A stretch of 35,914 nt of DNA from a virus (lineage: Duplodnaviria > Caudoviricetes): the IMG/VR virus record IMGVR_UViG_3300043414_000013, positions 1-35,914 of that record. The stretch is one strand, 5' to 3'. The position numbers were made by a program, and so were the translations under genes. This document shows positions 1 through 7,299 of the stretch, one piece after another. Position 1 is the first letter of the stretch. Each line of letters begins with the position of its first letter. A model generated the notes under the pieces. That model saw nothing but the letters and a program-made list of their open reading frames with translations, did no database searches and was not told where the DNA came from.

Positions 1-337
1 AAGTGCGAAGATAAATTTCAATGATGTTGTCAATCAACTGCTGCAAAGATGAGTCAGATTCATCGCAGATTTCGTACCTGTTAGCTTCAATTTGCTTCAA
101 GGAATCTTCCAAGAACTCAATGACGTTGCTTGTTTTCTTTGCCGATTGTAGGGTAATTGGCCCCAATAAACCATGCCGCCCCTGATAGGCTTCGGCAAAA
201 TCATCAGCCGCACCAATGATGCGGTCATAAAAAATATTCAAGGCTACATGCTTGGAGTAGCTGCGGGTATTCAGATGCACCGAGTGCGTCACATCCCGAG
301 CCAAGAACAGCAGTCCTACAAAGTCACAGGCTTTCAT
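1..337 (-). CDS. Dps/ferritin-like protein, 3'-truncated duplicate of 35511..35873
   Basis: ATG at 337 overlaps the portal stop (ATGA). Same protein as the full copy at the right end. Confidence 0.9.
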   Translation of the reverse strand, partial: MKACDFVGLLFLARDVTHSVHLNTRSYSKHVALNIFYDRIIGAADDFAEAYQGRHGLLGPITLQSAKKTSNVIEFLEDSLKQIEANRYEICDESDSSLQQLIDNIIEIYLRT

Positions 338-2559
338 TGTGGCATTCCTTGTTGTGGTACTTGTGGCATTCCTTGTTGTGGCGACATTGATTGGTCAGGT
401 TGCATACCTTGCATTTCTTGCATTGGCATTTCCGTGTCACGCATTTCTGGCGATCCGGCAATGATGTCACCAGAATCCATTGCTGCGTGGAGTGTACCCA
501 TAACAATGTCTTGAATCTGCTCTGGACTCATGCTGGCCTGCACGGCAGAAATACGTTGCGTTTCAGCAGCATAGGCTTTGATCTCTGCTTCGTAATCCTT
601 GCGCTTCATGTCCTGTGCTTCCATAGACCTAGACACGTTCTGGAGCATGGTACTCATCTGCTCCATCTCAGCACCCATCGCCTGCATCTGCTGCTGTGCA
701 GCGGCCAAGGCTGGATTGTCTTCACCATCAGACAAAAACTTGGGATCAATAGTCTTGGCAAAGCGCTTGGACATTTCCGCAGCACCAGGCCAGTCCATGT
801 TCTTGACAAACAAGTCACCAGCCACAGACCAAAGTTGCGGGTTGCCTTGCAACAGTTGGGCCATTGCTTCCAAAGCCTCTTGGCGTTTGGTTGCGTAGCC
901 TGGGCCGGTGGTAGCCACTACGTCATACTTGCCTACGCCAGGGTTGTAGATTTTCTCAATGACGATGCCTTGTTCGTTTGCAATCTTGTTGACGGCTTGG
1001 GGCTGGTCAGGGTTAATCTTGACCATCTTTGTCTCGCCGTCTTCACCAATGATGCGGGCAATGCGCTGGGTGTCGTAAATCTTGGGGATCATGTCCACCA
1101 GTTGGCGAGCAATGTGCCGCACACCACGGGCCAAGTTATCACCATAGTGGTAAGTCCCGACATCGCCTTCACGTTGACGCGCAAGGATGGCTCTGCCACT
1201 GCGCTCATTGGAACCCATGCCCAAAGATGCGTTGTATTGGCCTGTGGTGGATTTAATGTCCTCTGCCGCGCCAGCTTTAGCCTGCAAAAGCCCACTTGAC
1301 GCCATTGGCGGTTGAGCGCGCTGTGGCAGTGGCAATGTTGCGCCCTGACCGTCGGTAACGTCAGGATTTACCTCCAAATACGGCCAATTCTGGGTGTTTG
1401 CGGTCTTCCACTTGTCCTCGTAGCCCTCAAACTGCCCGCCATAACCAATAAATGGAGCTTTAGGCGCCAAGGCCAGCATTTCTGCCTCTTGGGACACCCA
1501 ATAGTTGTACATCCGCTGTGCATCCTTGGCGTTTCGCACCAGTCCACTGACGTACAAACGGCCATCTACCTCAAATTCATTGCCAACAATGCGAATAACG
1601 GGTATCCACTTGCCTACCCACTCGCGCTGCTCAAGGATTTCGTAGCCATTGATCTTGCAATAGCGCACCTTGGGGCGGTCAGACTCACGCGACTTCAGCG
1701 GTTTGCCGTAAAACGCCTTTAACTGCTTGTCTTCCGGCGTCCCAGCAAAAGCCGTAGCGTTGCCAGGGTACAAATTCAGCGTAGCGCGGTCATAGTCTAT
1801 ATAGTAGTAGTCCGCAACGCGAATCGTGTCCTCATTCAACCAGTTGGAGATTGACTGGTCGCCCACACCCAGCGACTGCAAGGTCGTAATGGGTGCCGAA
1901 TCGGGGTACATGCGCTCGTACTCATCTCGGGTCAGGTCTTCCGTCACAAAACAATACTTGGCGTCAGCGCCAGTAGGGTCTTGCATGGTTGGATCCATGT
2001 ACACCGAGAAGGAATTGCGAATCCGGCCAATCTTGATGTCTTGGTCAAACGTGTTGTCATCGCAATACTCAGTCAGCAGCCGGATGTAGCCCTCACCATA
2101 GGAAACTTGGTTCTCGCAGGCGGTGTCATAGGCAACATCAGCGTCACTCATGTACTCAATGTGCCGGATCATGCCGTTAAAAATCTCAGCAATCTCCACA
2201 TCCGCATTGCTATCAACCGGAATCACCTTGGCGCCTGGGCGGTTCTGCCGTTGGTCATTGGTGACTTGTCGAACGTGCTGCGGTAGCTTATTAATAGTCA
2301 GTGTAGGACGCGCATTGATTGTCTGCCCCTGCACCGCCCCACGGGTAGCCAACACATCAGCAGGCCACTGCCAGCAGTTGTCCGGTGAACCAGCATAGAA
2401 CTTCAGGTCGTCGTTCTCATCCTCACGCGACTCAGAAGTTGCCGACATAGCCATGTCCAGCCGAGAACGGGCCGTAGCAAGGATTTCCGAATCGCTGTTC
2501 TTTGCCCTGCCGCCATTGGCAACATTAGCAACAGCCACCATGCCCGTTTGATCAACCAT
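334..2559 (-). CDS. Portal protein (P22 gp1-like)
   Basis: 741 aa with RPTLTINKL, GLVRNAKDAQRMYNYW, SGRAILARQREG and YDVVATTGPGYATKRQEA motifs, a C-terminal coiled coil and an M/Q/P-rich tail. Lies downstream of TerL. Confidence 0.95.
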   Translation of the reverse strand: MVDQTGMVAVANVANGGRAKNSDSEILATARSRLDMAMSATSESREDENDDLKFYAGSPDNCWQWPADVLATRGAVQGQTINARPTLTINKLPQHVRQVTNDQRQNRPGAKVIPVDSNADVEIAEIFNGMIRHIEYMSDADVAYDTACENQVSYGEGYIRLLTEYCDDNTFDQDIKIGRIRNSFSVYMDPTMQDPTGADAKYCFVTEDLTRDEYERMYPDSAPITTLQSLGVGDQSISNWLNEDTIRVADYYYIDYDRATLNLYPGNATAFAGTPEDKQLKAFYGKPLKSRESDRPKVRYCKINGYEILEQREWVGKWIPVIRIVGNEFEVDGRLYVSGLVRNAKDAQRMYNYWVSQEAEMLALAPKAPFIGYGGQFEGYEDKWKTANTQNWPYLEVNPDVTDGQGATLPLPQRAQPPMASSGLLQAKAGAAEDIKSTTGQYNASLGMGSNERSGRAILARQREGDVGTYHYGDNLARGVRHIARQLVDMIPKIYDTQRIARIIGEDGETKMVKINPDQPQAVNKIANEQGIVIEKIYNPGVGKYDVVATTGPGYATKRQEALEAMAQLLQGNPQLWSVAGDLFVKNMDWPGAAEMSKRFAKTIDPKFLSDGEDNPALAAAQQQMQAMGAEMEQMSTMLQNVSRSMEAQDMKRKDYEAEIKAYAAETQRISAVQASMSPEQIQDIVMGTLHAAMDSGDIIAGSPEMRDTEMPMQEMQGMQPDQSMSPQQGMPQVPQQGMPQ
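337..381. repeat. 21-bp repeat x2 (period 24) encoding PQQGMPQ in the portal tail
   Basis: TTGTGGCATTCCTTGTTGTGG at 337-357 and 361-381. Confidence 0.9.
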
Positions 2560-2708
2560 TATTTTTTACCTTTTGGGGTTGGCTTTGCAGCTTCTCGCTT
2601 AACCGAGTAAGCAATCGCCACAGCTTGCTTGACCGGTTTGCCTGCGGCCACTTCAGCCTTCACATTAGCACGGAAGGCTTTAGGTGTGGATGACTTAACA
2701 AGTGGCAT
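2559..2708 (-). CDS. Small basic protein, 49 aa (MPLVKSSTPKAFRANVKAEVAAGKPVKQAVAIAYSVKREAAKPTPKGKK)
   Basis: Translated by hand. Stop overlaps the portal start (TAATG). The KQAVAIAYS motif is familiar from phage head modules. Confidence 0.85.
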   Translation of the reverse strand: MPLVKSSTPKAFRANVKAEVAAGKPVKQAVAIAYSVKREAAKPTPKGKK

Positions 2709-2710
2709 GG

Positions 2711-2869
2711 CTATTTCTTAACCGGTTTAGCCGTCTTGGCTGAATCTTTAAAGTCTTTAGCAGAAGGCGCTGCCTTACTGCCGACCTTGTTCATCTTCTC
2801 GCCAGAGCCAGCCTTGATGCGCTCTTGCTTAGCGTGGATATTTGCGTAGAGTCCAGGTTTTGTAGCCAT
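2711..2869 (-). CDS. Small basic protein, 52 aa (MATKPGLYANIHAKQERIKAGSGEKMNKVGSKAAPSAKDFKDSAKTAKPVKK)
   Basis: Translated by hand. Fills the gap with 2-nt spacers. GLYANIHAK motif is typical of aquatic phages. Confidence 0.85.
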   Translation of the reverse strand: MATKPGLYANIHAKQERIKAGSGEKMNKVGSKAAPSAKDFKDSAKTAKPVKK

Positions 2870-2871
2870 GA

Positions 2872-3129
2872 TTAACACTTCCATCTTGCTAGTGCAGCAG
2901 CTTTGCGGGTGGGATTACCCTTTTCATCTTTCATTGGCCCAGGCACACCAGACATACGGGCGCAGAACGAATCCTTGCGCGCGCCACCTTGAGGCTGCGG
3001 CGCCTTAAGATTACTGCCTGTTGCAGCATTGTACTTTTCCCGACCCTTGGCCGTGAGTCCAGCACCTTGGCTTGCCGGCAGCTTCTCGCCACGGCCTACT
3101 GATAGAGAAACAGCTTTCTTCGTTGCCAT
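2872..3129 (-). CDS. Small basic conserved phage protein (SFCARM...RWKC; DUF6321-like)
   Basis: 85 aa, abuts the TerL stop, GLTAKGR and RKDSFCARM motifs. Confidence 0.85.
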   Translation of the reverse strand: MATKKAVSLSVGRGEKLPASQGAGLTAKGREKYNAATGSNLKAPQPQGGARKDSFCARMSGVPGPMKDEKGNPTRKAAALARWKC

Positions 3130-4656
3130 TTAACTTCCCATCCAACCAGTTGAAACTGCACCACGGTCAGTGGTACGCAATGTATGTGGCTTCTCGCGGT
3201 ACTCTCTGTGCGCCACAGGGAATGCAAAGGTCACGCAAATAGCGTCAGCCGCATCAGGCGAGGCCAAACCTCTTGCCTTCATCTCCCTCTTGCCTTCCAG
3301 AAAGATAGTACCAGAAGAATTAGGCTTCTTAGTCGGCCCTGTCAAGTCGGCCTTCAGTTGCCTGTCCTGCGGGATACTAGCAGATTTTAACCAGTTCCTC
3401 ATATCATTCCACATCTCGGCGCGCTTATTGCCAAAAGCAACTGACTGCTTTGCCCTGTTGCCAAAGTTAACGCCTCTGACTTTATACCGCTGCTCGGTCA
3501 GCCGGTCAAGGATGCCATAACCCAGACCACCTTCATCAATCACCGTCAGGGTAGGCTTAAACTCCTCAATCGCGTCAATCACCCTGCCCACAATCGTCAT
3601 GGTGTCCTCACCCTGATAGCGCATGATCTTGACAATATCCCTGCCCTGGCGCACCGCAATCACGGTGGCATCCGCGCCACCTCGAGCAGGATCCACTCCA
3701 AGAATAATGGGCGCTGTAATATCTTTCCATTTGGGGCGCTTCATGGCGTCATCTACCAGCATCGAGCCAATGAACTGATCCTCGCCTGCCGACGGAAACT
3801 CGCCATACACCTCAACCTTGGCCTGCGTCGAATCTTCCCCGTATTCCTCAATGATCTGCTCGTAGACCGCCTTGTCGGTATCTTCCACCGTTCTGGCGTC
3901 CACCGTGCGGGACTTCCAAAATGCGCGCTTGGCGTTGAAAGTCTCAAAGAAGTATCCCGTGTTTCGCCGTGGGTTGGAGAAGGCAAACCAGTACCTGTCC
4001 GGCGTGTTCTCTGTAAAGAAGCCAGCGCCAACGTCCCAAATCGGATCCGGTATACCGCTGGACTCATCAAAGATCAACATCATGCCGTCCTGATTGTGGA
4101 CACCGGCATAAGAGTCTGGGTTCTCTTCCGACCACAGCTTGCCCTCGCAGGCCCAGTAGCGGGTGCCCTTCTTTAGATCCCTCTCAACCAAGTCAGTCAA
4201 CCACTTGGCAGGCACCAGCTTAGTCGCGCTGATCTCCCACCAGTGGCTGTTAATCAACATCGCTGCCCACTTGGTAAGCTCTGCCCAGGTGACTGAGCGC
4301 AACTGATTCTCACTGTTCGCACTAACCACCACCGAGCCACCAATGCGGGTAGTCAGCATCCAAAGAACCAGCCAACTGACAAGCGCAGACTTGCCAATAC
4401 CTCGCCCGCTAGATACTGCCTCCCGAATGGTGTCAAAGTTAACCTTGCCCTTCTGCGCCCTAATGTGATCCGTCACATCGCGCAGCACTTCCCTCTGCCA
4501 CTTGCGTGGGCCACTGAACTTAGCCAGTGGCGTGTTCTTCCTGCCCCAAGGGAATGCGTAGAGGACAAACGCCTCAAGGTCGTCCGCAATCTGTGGGCTC
4601 CAAAGCTCCACCATCAGCTTCTGTTCTTCTTCGCCTTTGTAGATTGGGAGTTGCAT
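3130..4656 (-). CDS. terL: Terminase large subunit
   Basis: Walker A SSGRGIGKS, Walker B LIFDESS, coupling motif SNP, RNase H-like ILGVDPARGGAD and SPDAADA. Confidence 0.96.
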   Translation of the reverse strand: MQLPIYKGEEEQKLMVELWSPQIADDLEAFVLYAFPWGRKNTPLAKFSGPRKWQREVLRDVTDHIRAQKGKVNFDTIREAVSSGRGIGKSALVSWLVLWMLTTRIGGSVVVSANSENQLRSVTWAELTKWAAMLINSHWWEISATKLVPAKWLTDLVERDLKKGTRYWACEGKLWSEENPDSYAGVHNQDGMMLIFDESSGIPDPIWDVGAGFFTENTPDRYWFAFSNPRRNTGYFFETFNAKRAFWKSRTVDARTVEDTDKAVYEQIIEEYGEDSTQAKVEVYGEFPSAGEDQFIGSMLVDDAMKRPKWKDITAPIILGVDPARGGADATVIAVRQGRDIVKIMRYQGEDTMTIVGRVIDAIEEFKPTLTVIDEGGLGYGILDRLTEQRYKVRGVNFGNRAKQSVAFGNKRAEMWNDMRNWLKSASIPQDRQLKADLTGPTKKPNSSGTIFLEGKREMKARGLASPDAADAICVTFAFPVAHREYREKPHTLRTTDRGAVSTGWMGS

Positions 4657-5871
4657 TTACTTCATCAGGGCGCTGTTGTCAAACTTCTGGCCGTTGCGCT
4701 CAAGGATGGTCATGCTCTTTTCTTCGCCAGGAAATGTGACAAAGTTGCGGGTTACTTTTGGCGGGATAAGGGTTTGTTCAGGATTTCGTTTTAAAAACGC
4801 CTCTGCTGATTCTTTAGTAGAAAACACGTTTTCACCACCTTGTGGGTGGCGAACAATGTAGGTGTTTGCTAAGTTGCGTGAGCCTTCATCCAGATACTTG
4901 ATGCCGGGTATGCCAGCTTCACGCATTGCATTTGCACCAGCAGATCTTTTAGCATTCATTGCAGCCAAAAGATCACCACCCAAATGGTCTGCGTCAGTCA
5001 ATCCATATTGCTTTGCAAGTGCTTGAATTTCCGGTGTCTGATCTTTTAATGGCGCATCCCAATCCAACATCTTGGCAATCTTTTCATCTGGCAGATCTAT
5101 CTTGTAAAGATTGCCTTTGTTTTCCAAAGGCTTTTTGTAATCTCCAGATTCTAAGAAATTTAAAGTCTCTGTCAGTAACTTTTTTTGTTCATGGTTAGGA
5201 TTAGATTCAAGAACAAAACGAATATCATCAGCAGCATACTGAGGACTGCCAGTTAATTCAGCCAATCGTTGAGCATTTGCATGAGCCGTTAATCTACCCT
5301 GATTCATCTTGTCTGCATTAGCTAAATTCTTTGCATAACCTTCTGCTACCGGACGCGCTTCAGCCGTATATATGCCATATCCATACGCTTGGGCACCTTC
5401 ACCAGTGCCAATCTTGCTGGCATCAAACTCGCCAAGTGGGTTGCGGGCCGTTGGTGGCAGTCTGTGCGGTGTGCCGTGATAGACATCCAAGGGAAGGATG
5501 TTGCCAGTCTTAACCATGTACTGCTCTGCCAACTCGCCAACCTTGGGTGCTACAAACCGGCCAGTTGCCATTGCACCCTTACCGGCCAACTTTGCTGCTG
5601 GGCCAACCATGGGGGCTATTGCCATTGCTGACTCTAAGGCGTCGTTGTTGAACCTTGTTGTACCACCGATACCACCAGCGCCAGTTGTCAGAGGTTCGCC
5701 GTAGGACAGTCTATCCAATGTCCGGCTGATGGCTGGGACTGACAAGAACTGTGCCAGTTGCTGTGCCTGCTGGGTGCGCTCTGGGCTGTAGGTGCTTGCC
5801 AGTGCATCCGACAACCGGCCAAGCATGGCGTTGCGCGGTGTGGCCTGAATTAGGGCGTTGGATGGTGGCAT
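4657..5871 (-). CDS. ADP-ribosyltransferase-fold protein (ART-PolyVal-like), putative ejected effector
   Basis: VYHGTPH...FDASKIGTGEGAQAYGYGIYTAE...A..Y, LYKIDL, GIPGIKYLD and NFVTF motifs, with an Ala/Gly-rich N-terminal leader. Confidence 0.7.
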   Translation of the reverse strand: MPPSNALIQATPRNAMLGRLSDALASTYSPERTQQAQQLAQFLSVPAISRTLDRLSYGEPLTTGAGGIGGTTRFNNDALESAMAIAPMVGPAAKLAGKGAMATGRFVAPKVGELAEQYMVKTGNILPLDVYHGTPHRLPPTARNPLGEFDASKIGTGEGAQAYGYGIYTAEARPVAEGYAKNLANADKMNQGRLTAHANAQRLAELTGSPQYAADDIRFVLESNPNHEQKKLLTETLNFLESGDYKKPLENKGNLYKIDLPDEKIAKMLDWDAPLKDQTPEIQALAKQYGLTDADHLGGDLLAAMNAKRSAGANAMREAGIPGIKYLDEGSRNLANTYIVRHPQGGENVFSTKESAEAFLKRNPEQTLIPPKVTRNFVTFPGEEKSMTILERNGQKFDNSALMK

Positions 5872-5895
5872 GGCGTTCTGTGGGTTGGGGCGAAT

Positions 5896-6110
5896 GATAA
5901 ATCAATTTTTAAAAAATCAAAAATAAAATTGTGCGTGGGGGCGCCGTAACCGTGGCCCTTTCGCCGCGGGCCCCTCCCCCCCGGCCCCGGCGCGGCGGGC
6001 GGGTCGGGCGCGGCCACCGGCGCAGTTATCCACAGGGTATCCACAGCCAGATCAACTTAACATAACACCCGTTGTATAAAGTAGGCACGACAGAGAGAAA
6101 GTTATGCACA
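5896..6110. other. Structured non-coding region (A/T tracts, extreme GC block with C-runs, DnaA-box-like repeats); candidate pac or origin-associated site
   Basis: 5896-5930 is almost pure A/T, 5932-6025 is almost pure G/C, then TTATCCACA-type boxes follow. It lies directly after terS. Confidence 0.55.
6026..6110 (+). promoter_or_regulatory. Three co-oriented DnaA-box-like 9-mers
   Basis: TTATCCACA 6026-6034 (perfect), GTATCCACA 6037-6045 (1 mismatch), TTATGCACA 6102-6110 (fits TTATNCACA). Confidence 0.55.
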
Positions 6111-6118
6111 GGCACACA

Positions 6119-6628
6119 TTACTTGGGATTGACATCAGTGACGTTGTCAATGGTCAGTGTCTTTACCCTTGACTGCGCCTGCTCCAACGCATCGAGTACG
6201 CTGATGCGCTCATCGCGCACCGTCATGTCAATGCGGTCACCGTAAGTCCGCGGCTTCAGCTTGCTGGCTATCCACTTGCGAGCATCCACCTGCATCCGCT
6301 TCTGCTGCACCCAGGCGCTCGCCATCGCGCCCTCGAGGCCGTCAGGCATGACTTCATCCGATAGCTGCAGGATCTCATCAGCCAGCCGGTCTGCGCGGTC
6401 TTGCACCGCCTTGTCGTAGGCTGCGCGCAGCTTGTCATCAGCAGTCAGCATGTCTTGAAAGGTTGCCCAGCCTGGCATGTCAGGATCACGCAGCACCGTT
6501 GACAAACTCTTGCCTGCCGACACTCGCGCAACGATCTCACGCCAGACTGGATGGTCTTGCGGCCACTTTTCAGGTCTGCCCATGATTGCACCTGTTTTTG
6601 TAGTCTTTTCAGCCAAAGTCTTCATCAT
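6119..6628 (-). CDS. terS: Terminase small subunit (Sf6-like)
   Basis: GRP..., GKSL..V...PDMP N-terminal HTH and DARKWIASKLKPRTYGD motif. Confidence 0.88.
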   Translation of the reverse strand: MMKTLAEKTTKTGAIMGRPEKWPQDHPVWREIVARVSAGKSLSTVLRDPDMPGWATFQDMLTADDKLRAAYDKAVQDRADRLADEILQLSDEVMPDGLEGAMASAWVQQKRMQVDARKWIASKLKPRTYGDRIDMTVRDERISVLDALEQAQSRVKTLTIDNVTDVNPK

Positions 6629-6662
6629 TACCCCCAGCGCGTGCGCGTAATTAATCGGAATG

Positions 6663-6728
6663 TATGCGAAAAGCGCATAACCCTACCCCAAACCAAACCA
6701 GCTATGCAAAAACTGCATAACTGCATAA
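6663..6728. promoter_or_regulatory. Two 17-bp palindromes TATGCR-AAAAS-YGCATA exactly 40 bp apart plus a half site, upstream of terS
   Basis: TATGCGAAAAGCGCATA 6663-6679, TATGCAAAAACTGCATA 6703-6719, CTGCATAA 6721-6728. Confidence 0.6.
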
Positions 6729-6730
6729 CC

Positions 6731-7066
6731 TCATATCACCTCAATCTCAACCCGATAAACCTTCACCCCATCCGAGCGCTGCTTGTACTGCCAATCCAGT
6801 CGCTTATCCCCATCATCCACACCAAGCCAATCAGCCACCCCATCTCTGGTCGCCTTAAACGCTGATTGCAGATTATCCCCATCCAAGCCCCTAGGAGCTA
6901 CCCTAGTCAACACAATCGTACAAGGCAAGGGCATAGGCGCACCAACCGCACATAGCGCATTAAACGCCTTCTGGCGCTGTCCCTTCACCAACCGCGCCTT
7001 AACCGCCCAGTGCATCCTAATGTTGGCCACACTCACAATCTTCATCTCAACCATCACTTCAATCAC
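6731..7066 (-). CDS. rusA: RusA-like Holliday junction resolvase
   Basis: LDGDNLQSAFKATRDGVADWLGVDD has the D-x-D-N...K...D...DD pattern. Start reassigned to GTG 7066 after a GGGGGA RBS, because the longer ORF-track N-terminus is translated origin repeats. Confidence 0.75.
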   Translation of the reverse strand: MIEVMVEMKIVSVANIRMHWAVKARLVKGQRQKAFNALCAVGAPMPLPCTIVLTRVAPRGLDGDNLQSAFKATRDGVADWLGVDDGDKRLDWQYKQRSDGVKVYRVEIEVI

Positions 7067-7110
7067 ATTTTCCCCCAAATCTCCTGAACCCCAAAAAACC
7101 CCAAAACCAT

Positions 7111-7295
7111 GTACCGACGATTTGACCCGACTTTGTGTACCGAACCGAAGGGGGTATATATACCCCTTCGGTACGTTTCGGTACAACGGGCAAGTCGGGC
7201 ATCGGTACGTTTCGGTACGTTTCGGTACATCGGTACATCAATTCGGTACAGTACCGAGAGTACCGACATCGGTACGTTTCGGTACATATCGGTAC
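7111..7295. repeat. Iteron array with central palindrome; probable replication origin
   Basis: 14 copies of TCGGTAC/GTACCGA in both orientations, often at 10-bp spacing. Core GGGGTATATATACCCC at 7151-7166 sits within a larger inverted repeat. Confidence 0.8.
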
Positions 7296-7299
7296 ACGA

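Larger units (their letters stand above)
1..414. repeat. Left copy of imperfect terminal direct repeat (assembly overlap)
   Basis: Position 1 aligns to 35537. The copies differ by SNPs at 113, 194, 239 and 329 and by a net 36-nt in-frame length difference in the portal 3' end. Confidence 0.97.

Noticed and set aside
1-414. Physical direct terminal repeat (T7-like DTR) or att sites
   Set aside because: The ends fall mid-gene, the copies are different alleles, and there is no integrase; best explained as circular assembly overlap.
391-1299. 302-aa plus-strand ORF
   Set aside because: Antisense shadow of the portal gene with no motifs or RBS.
5850-6044. 64-aa Pro/Gly-rich ORF
   Set aside because: Translation of the GC-rich non-coding block with no RBS.
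7111-7295. CRISPR array
   Set aside because: Repeats are 7-10 bp in both orientations with no unique ~30-bp spacers, and there is no cas operon; the Cas4-like gene is a common stand-alone phage exonuclease.
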